A stretch of 64,000 nt of DNA from Lama glama (taxonomy: Eukaryota), in contig CM052817.1 in assembly GCA_028534125.1 (NCBI GenBank), forward strand, positions 66,714,001 through 66,778,000, read 5' to 3'. Of this stretch, positions 25,901 through 39,255 are shown piece after piece. The first letter of the stretch is position 1. Each line of letters starts with the position of its first letter. The notes below the pieces were generated by a model. It saw only the letters and a list, made by a program, of their open reading frames with translations. It searched no databases and had not been told where the DNA came from. The translations under genes were made by a program, and so were the position numbers.

Positions 25901-26918
25901 GATCAATCATGTTTTGGTCTTGATTGAAATTGAACTTTAGCAAACATAATACAAAAACAGAAGGATATGCCTCAAAATACTAACATTGGCTGTGAAGAGG
26001 TGGTGAGGTTATGGGTGTTTTCCTCTGAACTTGTATTTATTTTCTCATTTTCCTGTGACTATATCACTTTTATAACTTAAACTATATTATTAAAAAGCAA
26101 CACATTTTTTGTCTTTGGCTTTTTAAATTTGACAGTAAATCAGTTGTTTTTTATCACTAGCTTGGTTCTTATTTCTTGGTTCAATCTCTAAGTGCTGTCC
26201 TAATTATGCCGCAGTTAGGAAAATATGTATAAATGTCATGTTTTTAAAGAGCCAGTTTAATATCTGAAAGAGACAGTGAAATGCTTAGAATTTTATATTA
26301 TACGTGTGTAAAAATGACTTTTCTTGTTGAAGGCAAATATTGCCTGATTTAATGAAAGTTCTAAAATCTCGATTCATCCTAGGTTTGTGTATATCGGGTT
26401 ACTTTTGTCTTTTTGTGTATCACCCTCACCAATTTATAAAAAATGTAAAAGAAATAATACTTTCTCCCCTAGCTAAAAGCACACACCAAATTTCCCCATG
26501 GTTAGGAGAGATGTGGAAAACAGGACTAAATGTAGGGTACATACAGAATTAATGAATGATGTCATTCTAATTGACAGGTGGAGCATAGCTTGGCAATCTG
26601 GAAGCAGGTGACACTTGGAAATACAAGCAAGGAGACTTTGGTGTCAAAACTCATTTGGTATCATGTATTCTAACCTCTGGGCTACAGGTCAGGATCAGAA
26701 CTCTAGTCCATAGATAGGGCCTTGGAAAGAGTATAGTATTCAGGGCCCTTGTTTTGGAAGTGGTGTTGTTCTGGATATTTTATAGAGCCAAGGATTCTAA
26801 TTCACTTAATATATAGACCTTCGAACAAGGAGTCTTTTCAGTTTTCTATACCAGTGAAAAGACTGGTCTGGAGCAGTTATGGGGACAAAAATGGGGAATA
26901 GGAGAATACTGAAGTTAT

Positions 26919-26928
26919 TTGACGTCAA
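26919..26928. promoter_or_regulatory. Full CRE within 10-bp palindrome
   Basis: TTGACGTCAA, about 90 bp upstream of donor-like GAG|GTAAGA (27018/27019); function untested. Confidence 0.45.
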
Positions 26929-27149
26929 GTGCAAGATCAGGGCTGGACCACAAGTGAGGATGATAGATGCTGGATCCTGCGGTTTACATCGATGTTCCTT
27001 ACATTCTACATGCGGGAGGTAAGACTTAGTTTTAGAATTTTCTACTTGGGGTGAGGATGGTGGTAAGAGGTTTCTTACAGAAAGGAGTCAGTGTGAAGGT
27101 AGGTGCCAGGGATTCAAGTCGGTTAGGTTTGTATTTCTCAGTATAATCC

Positions 27150-27292
27150 TGAAATTACTTGCATTTGAATCATTTTGAAGGCTTACTGAATGTGGATTTT
27201 CAGCCTCTCTGAACGAGAGAAATCTGCATAGATGTGAAGAACCACACATCTCAAGTGTGATTCTTGTGCACTCCGGAGTCCAGGAACCACTA
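27150..27292. mobile_element. MER5B-like hAT fragment
   Basis: ttgcatttgaatca...caagtgtgattcttgtgcactcc...aggaaccact. Confidence 0.5.
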
Positions 27293-27554
27293 AAACAGCA
27301 TGGCAGTCATCTCAAGATGAGCCTTTGGCTTTAAATGTCTTTTGCTTTCAGCTGTGCTGTTACTCCCAGCCTTTACTATTCAGCTCAAACATTATCTTTT
27401 GTAAAGCTATTCACAGTTTTCCTAGATGAAATGAATTACATACAAAGGCTCAGTGCTTTCATGGCACTTTCCTTTATTATGTTTTGGGTAATTTAATGTC
27501 TTATAATATAGTTCTTTGTATGTGTGGGATACTTCTCTTGGGGCAGGACAGTGT

Positions 27555-27777
27555 GCATTGTGGTCATTGTGGTCAAGAGTCAGCCTGAATTTAAGACTTA
27601 CCTGCACCTCTCACCAGCTGCGTAATTTTAGCCAAATGCTTAATTTTCTCTTAGTGCTTCACTTTCCTTCCTTTTAAAATGAAGGTAGTTGTGAGAATTA
27701 AATGAGTTAATGTAAGTAAAGCACTTAATAGTGTGTAGCATACCCTGTATACTCAAGGAATTTTTGCTATTATTATT
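27555..27777 (+). mobile_element. MIR SINE
   Basis: agagtcagcctgaattt...gttgtgagaattaaatgagttaatgtaagtaaagcacttaatag...gctattattatt. Confidence 0.8.
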
Positions 27778-30547
27778 TGCTGAAGGAAGATACATCATAT
27801 CAATTTCTGTCAAGCACCAAATGCAGAAGTAGGCACTCAAGAAAATTACTGAAATTGAATTGAATTCATCTCACAGAGCAGTTTTTTTTTTTTCTCACAA
27901 AGCAGTTTTAAGGTTAGACAGGACAATATTCAAGTAGGGAAGACTCACTTGTTTCTCTGGGAAAAAAAATACCTGAAAACAGGCACTGCAATATTTATGT
28001 TTTTGGATTTAAGAGCATGAAGAGATTTAATTAAAGATACCGTAAAGAGAAAGCAGGGTAAAAGAGTTGTCAAGAGTTTTCAAAACTAACTCTGAAGTGT
28101 GTTCATATGCTTGTAGTGTGTGTCTTGTAGACTACAGCTGCTATTTGCTAAATGATCTAGCCTTTCCTGATTTTTTAAAAGCAGAATGCTTATTTAGAAG
28201 TCTACTAATACTTAAATTCACAATTATGAAGCAATGCCCTATTTCCCATTTAACTTCCATGTTACTTGTGTACAGAATCTAAATTTTCAAGTAATAGACA
28301 TTTACTGAATAGTAATAAAATACTTAAAAAATCTGTAAGATGTGTGGGTTATGCCTTATAATTAGATTTATGATTATACCAATTCCAAAAGTTTTCATTT
28401 ATTTTCTATTCATTTAATTATTTATACTCGCATCTTTTTCCACAAAGGAAAAAGCTCCTAAAATTCAGCTTCAGATTCCACAGCCCAGTTACTCAAAGTT
28501 TAGTATACAAAATTCTTTGCTTTTTAGGTTTATGTTTATTGTGACTTGTCAAAAATCTGAATATGAAATAAATCTCATGTAATTATATGCATAATTATAT
28601 AAATATATTCTTAATAGCAGACAGAAGCTATTATTTTCAACAATAAAAGTACTTATGGATTTTTTAGTCAATAATTATTTGAGTGATCAGTTTCAGGGGA
28701 TCAGTGGATAATTTTGTTTGTTGCTAGATGATTTAGTTGTTCCTTTCAAAATTTATAAAAGACTTCTATATTTTTTAAAACATTCTTTTTGTGTCATGGA
28801 TAATATACATTGGTAAGCACTGTGAATGAAAGCACTTAAATTCTTACAATAAAATGTTCATTTCAGATTAAATTTTAAGACTTCAGGACATAAGTCTAAT
28901 AAAATGTGCTAATGAAACTATATTAAAGTTTTGCATCTGTACATATTCCTGTGTTTAAACACTAGACTTGAAGTAAACAATGATAGCTCAGTGACTATAA
29001 AGAAGGTAGTACTTGACTCATTTCAGAACTGCTATTCTATGTGCCCACTTTTTAGTTGTGTTTAAATTTTACAGCAGTGGAACAAAGTTCAAATTGTGAG
29101 TTGTTATAGTTTTGTCTGAGAATGCAATTTTTAGTTGACCTGTAGAATATATTCATTTCCTGTTGTGATTATTACTACTTTGTTGTATGGAGGAAGAGAA
29201 CATGTTAAAATATGACTTGTTCCTGGTGTCAGTGTGCCTGTATAACACTGGTAGCTGGGAATGTTAAAGGAGATCAACTAGTGTGTTTGTATGTCCCCAC
29301 CCCCCAGCATGTTTAGCTGCAGAGTCACAATCATCTGGGGACAGTCAGTGTCAGTTAATGGCTCTGAGATAGAGGACAGCACTATGCAAAAGGCACAGCA
29401 GAATATAAGATAGCAGTTCATAAATATGTGAGATGCTTTGGGGATTTAAAGGAACTAGGGTCTAATGTTCTATATATGATGGAGTTGGGAGAAATGAGCA
29501 AATAAAATCTAGGTTACTTCTGTTTGTTTGGTCTTGCTTGTACCCAAAGATTAGTCAAGACTTGAAAACTTGGATTGTACTTATTGTTTATGACATCTTT
29601 ATGAGAAATAAACAGAGGCAGATATTTATCCTGTTTATCCTTGAGGCATACAAGGGAGTAGATAAAACGCTTAAATATATCCAATTAGTAAAACTGATAA
29701 ATAGGATTTTAACTCAGACTTTCTTGTTTCCTTTTTGGTGGCTCATATATTAAAATAAGGCAAAAACATAGTGTGTAGAAACTATGGGATAAACTTTTTG
29801 ATTGAACTCAATATCAAGATACTCATTAAAATGTCTATTTTTGTTTTTCACAGCTAGTGACATGTGTAGAACTCAGAGAAAATCTAGAGAACAATCAGGA
29901 TGTTACTATAATTGGAAAGTGGTTTATCCCTGGAAGCATGGTTTCATAGTTGATTTACATTTTAAGGAATTATCTATAGTAAATTTTTTTTGTATATCTA
30001 CTATATGCTAAGAAAACATCTGTGGTGTAAAATCAAGGAATTCCTAGTTAAGGAAGATGTAGCAGTTACGAATCACAGTTTAAAAACTCATTTATAGGGA
30101 AACATACTCTTTTTTTTTTGCTCCACTTAATGTTCAATATGAATATTCTATCTCTCTGGATTGCCAGCAAATTTTAATCGCAGTCTCTTTTGCATTTACT
30201 GTCTCCTACCTCCAAATTAGTTCCAGAAGCATTTGTTATATCGAGATTTTAGGAAACGGGGATGCAATTATTAAATATGTATCATAGTTCAAAGGTTACA
30301 GTTGATATGCCATGGTTTAAGTTAGCATGACCATTCTGACTTTGTGTCTTTTTGCTAATTTAGTGTAATGCTTGGGGAATCCTCCTGGAAGGCTGATCAG
30401 GTTTTGATGAGCCTAGATGTACTGTATTGGTGAAACCTTTCCAGGTCTTTGTTACGTTTTTCATAGAATTGCTGGAGAGCTTGGGGTGTAGGGAGTGAAG
30501 GGGTCTTCTCTCTGTGTATTTTTACTCCAAATGTTTTGTTTGTATTT

Positions 30548-31006
30548 TGTGTTAGTTTTCCTGTCGCCATTGCAACAAATTGTCACAACCTTAATGTCTT
30601 AAAACAACACAGATTTATTATTTAGAGTTCTAGGCTAAAACCAAGGTATTGTCAGGGCTGTCTTCATTCTGGGGCCTCTGGAGGAGAATTTCTTTGTTTG
30701 ACTTTTCTAGTTTCTAGAGGCTGCCCTTGGCTTATCTCTCTCAGCCAGCAATCACATCATTATAAACTCTGCTTCCATCCTCACATCTCTTTTTCTGACT
30801 CTTGGCCTGCTGTCTTCCTCTTTCACTGATAAGGACCCTAGTGATACATTATGCCCACCTGGATAGTCCAGAATAGTCTCCCTAGCCCAAGATTATTAAT
30901 GTAATCATATTTGCAAAATCCTTTTTGCCATGTAAGGTAACATGTTCATAGGTTCCAGGGAACAGGATGTGCACATATTTGAGTGACCGTTATTCTACCT
31001 ATAACA
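30548..31006 (-). mobile_element. MaLR LTR (MLT1C/D-like)
   Basis: tgtgttagttttcc...cttaaaacaacacagatttatt...ccatgtaaggtaacatgttcataggttccagg...ataaca; TG...CA ends. Confidence 0.88.
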
Positions 31007-32029
31007 CAGCTCAAAATCTCTGACCTATCTTGGGCCTCAGGTTTTTGAAAGTTGAAATCTCTCTGAAATCCAGAGAGAAAAATCAGGATTTTTCTATTTT
31101 CTTGTAACATTATCCTGCTTGAATTAAATTCTTTGCTCAAATGAAAGGAAAGCAAAATACTAAGAGGAAAAATCCAACAGTCACAAGTCACTATGTTAAA
31201 AAAAAAAAAACCCAAAACAACAATCTCTTTCTTTTTTAAATCACAGAAGATGTGTATTAAAAGAACTTGATTAGCTAAATGGAAATGTTTGGTGGAAGTA
31301 TAAATATTATCAGGTATCCTGTTATTGTATAAAAGGGCACATTTACTGCTCTTTTTCTCCACTGAAGAAAATATTGAAGATATGAGCCTCATACAAATAA
31401 ATACATGTTAAATAAGTGAAATAAAATAAGTCTTATGATTTCCTTCCCTGAATGTAGGAAAATGTCAATTTGGGTATTTAAGCATGATTCTCTTACGGTA
31501 GGGGAAAACTATTTATTTGTCATTTATATATCATTTGTTGTTAGTATCATACGTGGTAAGTATTTCAATGATAAAAAGCAGCTTTAGCTTTTCACAAGCT
31601 AAACCACTGAAAATATTGGTGTTGTTTTGAGTCTGTGTCTTCACCTTTGAGTGAATTAGAGAATTTTAACAATGTTAAGATAGTTTAGGAATCTAAAATT
31701 TGTTATGATTTATAAACCCTACACTTACCTGAATCAGCCAAAACATTAGAATTTTAAAAATTTCCAGATCTTTTAATTAATATAACACTATTTCCAATTA
31801 AAATTGCACTGTCCTTTGTGTGATTCTTGGGAAATATAAGATTCTTAAATTCCCTGGAACAATGGCTCCAATCAATTGTTTACCAACCTGCAGTTGATGA
31901 AAAGATCCTCAATTCTATTGCCTCTGCCGTGGTTTGATTTCTTTCTCCTAGCACTTGATTTATCTACAGTCATTAAATTTAGGCAGTGATGCTCTTTCAC
32001 AGCTGTTAGACATTTAAAATTTAAAGCTA

Positions 32030-32640
32030 TGAAAGGGAAAATTGATGTGATCAGAAAAAATCAATTTGTAGCCTTACCTTATACTATTCACCAGGATAAA
32101 TTTTAGATGTATTGAGGAATTAAGTATAAAAAAACACAATTATAAAAAAATACTAGAGAAAATATGTGTGCATATTTATCTCAAGATGAGGAAGGATTTT
32201 CTATGACAAAATGTATGAAAGAAATAATAAAAATGATTCATAGACAATGCTGGTCACAGAATTTGCACATAATTTTTGAACATTAAAAGACTATAAATAA
32301 ATTGCAGGTTATAGATTTGGAAAATATATTTGCAATAAATATGGTATTTTGTGTTTTCTTTTTTTTAATCAGTCATGCTGGGGGTTAGCATTATTTTCAA
32401 TTTTTTCAAAGAATCAACATTTGCCTTTGATAATTTTCTGATTGTTTTTTATTTTACTGAAGTCTACTCTTCTCTTTATTATTTCCTTCTATTTACTTTA
32501 AGTTTCATTTGGTCATCTTTTTTATCTTCTTAATGAGGATATTTAGATAATTTTTTTAATTGGGGTATTATTGACATATAACATTATATTTGTTTCAGGT
32601 GCACAACATAATGATTTGATATTTGTGTACACAGCCATAT
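32030..32640. mobile_element. Cluster of old LINE-1 fragments in both orientations
   Basis: Plus-strand ORF2-like ccttaccttatactattcacc...aaaatatatttgcaat; minus-strand ttttcaaagaatcaacatttg...; L1 3' end aattggggtattattgacatataacattatatttgtttcaggtgcacaacataatg. Confidence 0.65.
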
Positions 32641-33921
32641 ATTGCATGACTTTTTTAAGGGAACATTGCCTCAAATTCACAGATTCTAGATTTGTTTACC
32701 ATAAGCAATCATAAACCAGTGACATCCAACAAAAATAATTCTATAGATTCCATAGGTAAACCATAAGACTCTTATCAGCATGTTTACAAGGAGATTAGAC
32801 TAGGTCATCTTCCTTTTTCCTTTCTTCCGTAGTAATGAGAAATAAATTAGTCACAGGCCAGCTACTAAACTCCTTCCTTCCCGAACATTAAATTTGAAAT
32901 TGCTAATCCATCTCCCTGCGAGAGACAAACCTACCAACGAGAAAACAATTGTTGTTCTTTTTTGCTTTCACTTGAAGATGGTGGCTGTATCATAGTGGAT
33001 ATTCAACAAATATGTGGTGATTGAATGAAAGAGTAAATGAATAAAGTAGATATACTACTAAACATAACTCATAATTATACTAATTAGACGGTTGCTTATA
33101 TGATTATTTGTGTAAAGTCTATTTTTCATAATAGTAAATAAGCTCTAGGAGGGCAGAGAATATATATGTCCTGTTTATAACTATATCCCTAGTCTCCGGA
33201 ATATTGTAGGACTTTAATTAATATTTGTGGATTGAAGACTTACCCTTACATCTTATAAAAGATTTGACTCAGATTAATTCTCAAGTTGAGGAAGAGGAAT
33301 AGGAAAGTTTCTAATGTCTTCAAGATTAAGTCACATATTATACACACTAAATTCTATAGTTTTCCCCTAATTTCAGAGCTATATTTTAAAATCACTTCAA
33401 GCTGGACAATTAAAATTTTCAGGCAGATGTTAAAATAGTGACACAAATTATCTTTTTTGTTATTAATCTCTGTTGATAATTGCTTTGCACTCTGGATTTT
33501 TTTTCTTAAACTTTGAATTTGTGTATAGTCTTCTTGAAAATGGCTTGCTTTCACTCCTATAATGCCACCCAATGAAACATTTAAATCAGATTTTTGCCTC
33601 TAGTATTTTCTATCACTGTATAACTTTGAGCTCCCTATCTAACATCAGTTAAGCTTTTACCCATGCTATTTAAGTACTTAATAAGGGTGCTAACAGTTAT
33701 TTTAATTTTGTAGGAAATATAATTAGATTTTTACCATAAGACATTTTATTTTACCTAAGTGATTTCAACTATGTATTCTGATAATCTTTTTCTCTAAAAA
33801 TTTCCTTATTATTACAGGTAAATGTAAATAATATTATTAAATAAACACTGTTTGAATGAAAAAAATCATAAAATATAATTTAATGTTATGTATAAATAAA
33901 TGAGTTTAAAAATTTAAGCAC

Positions 33922-34420
33922 CTTTACTGAAGTGTAATTTTCATATTAAAATATTCACCTATTTTAAGTATACATTTCAATGAGCTTTAAGTAAAGTTAC
34001 AGAGTTGGACAGCCATCCCCACAATTTTAGAGTATTTTCATTACTCCAGAAAGATCCCTCATGCCTACTTGAATTGTCTTAGCATCCTTGCAGAAAATTA
34101 GTTGAAAATTATTGTAACTGCCAATTCTATTTCATTGATCTCTGTATCTGTTCTCAGGCCAAAGTCTTGATTACAGTAGCTTTGTAGTAAGTTTTGAGAC
34201 CAGCAAGTGTGAGTTCTCCAATTTTGTTCTTCATTTTCAAGATTAATTTGGCCATTCGGTGTCCCTTATAATTCCAAATGATTATTAGAAGCAGCTTGTC
34301 AAACTTGGAAAAAAAAAAGGTACAGCTGAAATTTTGACATGGATTGTGTTGAATTTGTAGATCAGTTTGGGGAGTATTGTCATCTTCATATTAAGTCTTC
34401 CAAGTCATGAACAACCAATG
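33922..34420 (-). mobile_element. Old LINE-1 fragments (3' end joined to ORF2 piece)
   Basis: tttactgaagtgtaatt...gtattttcattactccagaaagatccc; gtcttgattacagtagctttgtagtaagttttga...gaatttgtagatcagtttggggagtattg. Confidence 0.8.
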
Positions 34421-35569
34421 CAACCAATGCTTTTTAATTCATTTAAAATTAATCCCAAATAGCAGTCAATTTTTTTCATTTTTTCCCCTTGTGCCCTTTA
34501 CTATTTCCCTAATACACCCAAGAAATTGGTAATAGTTGTATGAGGGAGAGACCTAGGTGGTATGAGACAAGCAGGGATGGGGACTTATGTTTTACTTTAT
34601 ACCCTCTTGCATCTTTTCAATTATGTGCTCTATACATATAGAAGTTAATTAAAATTAAATTTACTAAAAATTTGCTCCCAGTTTCTTGAGGTGCAATAAG
34701 ATGCACAGATATGGAGTGAGGTGTTAGATGGGCCAGGTTTATGCAATTAGTTTCTGTTTTGCTTTAGACTCACCTGAACATTGTCTAATCTCTGGCTACC
34801 CTATTTCTAATTCTGAACCCCTGTCGATTTCCTCTTTATCCTAACACACAGTCTATTTTTTGGCTCTTATTCTTTGCAATATTTTAGTCAGTTATTAGCT
34901 GGCTTGCTTTCTGGTAGCTTCAATCAGGTGCTTATAATAGGTATGGACGTCCTTTGCTTCCTTTCCATTCCTGACTATACCCTACTCCCCACCTCTCCCT
35001 AATACTCTAAGATACCTATAGTTTTATCTTACTTTTAAAGAGTAATGCCCTGTCCTAGAAAGACTGTATTTCAGACACTTTTTCACTCCTTTTTGAGTCA
35101 TTAACTTGGATTTCCTGATTCCTTCCTTCTGTCTTGAATTTAAAAAAATGCATTTATTTAGTAGGTAGTCAGACATCATACTCTCTCTGTAAAGTGGGTT
35201 TTATTTAAAAACCTTTGCATATTAGAATATCAAATAAAATGTCTCATTTATTAAATAGATATTTATTGATAAGCAAGATGACTGTGAGATTAAGATACAA
35301 TACCTATTATAGTCAAATATTTAAATGTTTACCATTTTTCAATCATAAAGAAAATATGAACAGAATATTTCTAGCAATATATGAGCTAGATTTAAACAAA
35401 TATTTAAAGAAGTTCTGTGACTATTCATTCTTTGTAATAAAATTATTTTTGTTTTAAAGTTACTTATATTTATAATAAACAAATCCAGCCATTTCAATTA
35501 TAAAACTATGAATGTAAGTCCTCCTGTTATTCTAATTTCTAAAGATAGCTTTATTAACACATTTTTTTC

Positions 35570-36640
35570 TGTATAAGTACCAAAATGTGTCAGTAGAGGA
35601 AGCTTTCTGCTGTGATCGAATACCAGGCCAGTAGTGAGTTGTATCATTTAAGATGTTGAATTATTTCAGGTAATCAAGGGGTCTGAAGAAAAGTGATTCT
35701 CAGATTAGTGGGATGGCTCAGGAATGTAGTCCTAACATCCTTACCCTGATTTTCTATACTTGATGGCTTTTCCCCCTAGAGTCTTGTTTCGTGAGTATAA
35801 GGTCACTGCCACAACCTCAAGTGCCACATCTTCATTCAAGGGCATTACTGGCTGTAGGGGAAGGCTGAGTGGAGAAAGGGGTCTTCCTTTCATCAGAGAG
35901 AAACGTAATTCCATAAGTCTCCCCTTATTTTGACTAGAACTAGATATTTGATTCTTCTGCTGTAAGAAGGCTGAGAAAATTATTATCTGGCAGAGGGTCA
36001 TGGAATTGACATGAATATATTCACCCACTTACGATTTTTTTTCTTGGGTCTAGGAAAGTTGTTTCTAGGACAGAGTTATAATTCTTTTTTTTTTTTAAAG
36101 AAACAAGGGGAGAAGGGCTACTGAATAGGCCTCTAGCAGTAGCTTCTGTATATATTGTATCAATGCATGTGTGTAGGATTTGATTTTGCCTGTGATTTAT
36201 ACAGATCCCAGATAACTGGTTTAAACAGGAGGGAAATTTACTTTTCTCCTGTAGAAGTTCAGAGCAGGTAGTACAAGGAGTGAGATTCCTTTCAGATTCT
36301 GCTTTGCCATCCCTAAAGAATGAGCCTCATTCCCATAGTTCAAAATGTTGATTATACTCTAAGCAGTGGGTGAAAAATGGATAAGGGCAAAAGGAGCCGA
36401 AAGGGCATTCACTGGCCATCATTAAGTCAGGGCTCCTTGAAGCTGCTCTGAAACATTTGGCTTCTTTTGCGTTGTCTGATTCTGTCATCAGACCACATCC
36501 ACCTGTTAAGGAGCCTGAGAAATGCCCCATGTATGATGGTGTGGCTGTGTGGGTAGGTAAAAGTTAGTGCTAATTAAGAGAAGACTTCAAGAAAGAGAGT
36601 GGAATGGATATCGGAGACTGCTGGTAGCCTCTGCTCTGTA
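35570..36640 (-). mobile_element. Two adjacent decayed MaLR LTRs (MLT1H-L-like)
   Basis: MLT-like passages ttcttctgctgtaagaaggctgagaaa and cagaccacatccacctgttaaggagcctgagaaatg. Confidence 0.45.
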
Positions 36641-38124
36641 TAGGCATAAAGGAATATTCAGTATTCTCGTTGCTGTAAAAATGGCTTTGTTCTGAACATA
36701 TTTACTAGTATCTTCTTTTTATCTAAAGAAATTGTTTTAGGCCAAGGCATGTGAAAGATGTGAAAAGTCATACTTTTTATCTGTTTAATTTATACCTAAT
36801 TTTTTTTTTTTGCCAATTTAGTGTTTTGGTCAGGACTAAGGAAAAGCACTTCTGAAAGACACTGAGTTTTCCTATTGCATACAGTTAAAGAAAAATTTTA
36901 GAACTTATGTTTTGGGCATGGCTTGAAATCTTAATCATTTCCGAAAAAGGTATATAGAGAAAAACTAAAAGCTTTCTCAAAGGTTGTAACACTATTCAGG
37001 ACTTTTAATCTGTGAAAACTGTGTGAAATCCTGTCACTACAGTATAAACTTTTGGATAGAGGAATTATTTCTTTTTCAAACTTTTCTTTATTCTTCCTGA
37101 ATGATTACTACACTCCAGATAGTAAGATTTTATTGAACAGATTTGTGTGTGAGAAGAAAAGCCATGATAATCTCTTTTATGTGTATTTGTTTGAAATTGC
37201 TTCTGCATAGATTTAATTTTATATCCAAGCTTAGAGGTAAAAAGCAAGCTAGTAATGTAATTGTTCTCTGGCCAGCCTGGTCATAGCCTACTGCAGGAAG
37301 CTCATTCAACTAGGATACTTCAACAGTTCTGGCAGAAAATAAAATCTTTCTTTCTTGTTCATGTAAATAATACCATGCCAGTGAATCTTTATTAATCCTG
37401 GCTTTGTGAAATGAAGTTTTAAAATCTCCTAAGTATCCTCTAATTCATACCATTGCTCTACTATAAAGAGATGAAATAACTGTTTTATTACTGAAAGACC
37501 ATGCATCTATATACAATCTGTTTTTGATCTCTCTGTCATTGCTGCATTGGTGGAATGCTTGCTTTCAAGGGTAAATGAGTCAAATTTTATAACTTCTGTC
37601 TACCAGGCATTCTTCTGAGTGATGCTGGTGATTGGCTGTCTGAGAATCTGTTACTGGAGGGTTGGCTTCTTCATGGCACGTGATGTCTTCTTCCTAATAC
37701 TGTGTAAGTCTACAGTATTCTTTATGAAGTCCCATAATCACTTCATTATTCCATGTTGCTAAGCAGTCAGCACCTGCTGCCTGCTTAAAGGAAAATTTGC
37801 TTCGCATATTTTGCACTGCGGTTAAATAGGCCGAGATCTGTAATGTAACAGATGGTTTGGCATAACTAAGAAGGTCACATGGATTGTGGTAAAATTTGGA
37901 CCCTGCTTTCAAATGGGGTTTTTGAAGCCCCTCTCAGTGGCATTGTTTGATGTGAGTTTATTTGCTGTTTTTTCCTGAAAGCCTGTTACTATATTAAAAC
38001 ATTAATCATTTACGTTCTCCTGTATGTAGTACATTGTTCTGGGTGCTTTGAGAAATAACACAGAACAATAAGATAGGATTTTGTCCCTATCAAGATTCAT
38101 TCATCCTAACTCATGAAATAATTG

Positions 38125-38636
38125 TGTGGGATATAGTAGACATTTCCCCTTTTTTGTCCCAACACCACACCCGGTGTTTGAAGCTTCTTCTACCTCATGA
38201 GATTGCCTGTGTCTCCACTAGAGCACCCCTCTTCCCTGCCTCTGCTGCATATGGCCCAGCTCTGACAAGCAGACACACATTCTGAGATAAAAGAGGCACT
38301 ACTTAGGATGCATTCTGGTGAGGCAAGGTTGTGGGCACCGCTGTTTCCTCGCTCCAGAAGCAATAGACAACAGTGATGGGGGGATAGTAGGAGTACATAA
38401 TGGCTAGCACTGCTGCGGTTGGGGGAATTATCTAAGGTGTCTGCATCCATGGGTGGTAGCTTGATATCTTCATGAGGCCAGTTTTTTTTTTTATATGAAT
38501 TTAGGCATTTCCTTGGTTGGGAATTCTCTATGATTACTAGTTACTGGGCTTTTTTAGATTCTTTGATTTACTCAAAGTATATAATTATTGTGAGAATCAC
38601 TTTCTGTTGCTTGTAACTAAGGACACTGATTGATAT
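38125..38636 (+). mobile_element. Old ERVL-class LTR
   Basis: 3' end ttctgttgcttgtaactaaggacactgattgatata is typical of ERVL/MaLR LTRs; body more GC-rich than flanks. Confidence 0.5.
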
Positions 38637-38789
38637 AAGTGGCTAAAAACAGTCATACCTTTAATGAATAACAAAAGAGTAAAATCTCAAATTTGGGTTA
38701 ACATATTAATGTAATATGGTGGAGATAGAAAGGGCTGAAAAAGATAGGAAACATTCACAGAAGAGCTAGACATTGAGTTCTGGAGTCTT

Positions 38790-39255
38790 CATCCATTCAA
38801 CAAATACTCTGAGCTGTTGATATATACCAGATACAGTATTAAGTGCTTGAGATAAAAAAGTGAATAAGAATGACACAGTTCCTACCTTCATGAAGCTTAC
38901 CATCCAATAAAAAAAGAAATTAGTCTTCATTACAACAGCTCTGGCAACAGCTCCATTTGGGGACTAAGAGGATACAACATGAACTTACATCAGAGACTCT
39001 TATGTATTCAAGAACAGTCAGATGAGGCTTCCCAGAGGAGTGTCTTTGAGAAACAATATGAATGATATGTAAACTAAAGTGAGCTGATGGAGGAGGGTCT
39101 TTGAGTAATGAGTGTCCAGGTAAAGACATCAGCATTTATAAAATGATTTATAGTGAAAGACAATGTAGAACATTTGAAAAGTAGAAAAAATTTATGTGTG
39201 GTTGAAATGTAGAATATAGAAATAAAAGTGGCCAAGATAATCTGCAGAAGGACCA
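38790..39255 (-). mobile_element. L2 3' fragment
   Basis: catccattcaacaaatactctgag...aatgacacagttcctaccttcatgaagcttac. Confidence 0.7.

Noticed and set aside
29854..29949. Good acceptor (ttgtttttcacag) followed by a 31-codon frame
   Set aside because: No convincing donor, peptide not recognised; such acceptors are common in AT-rich introns.
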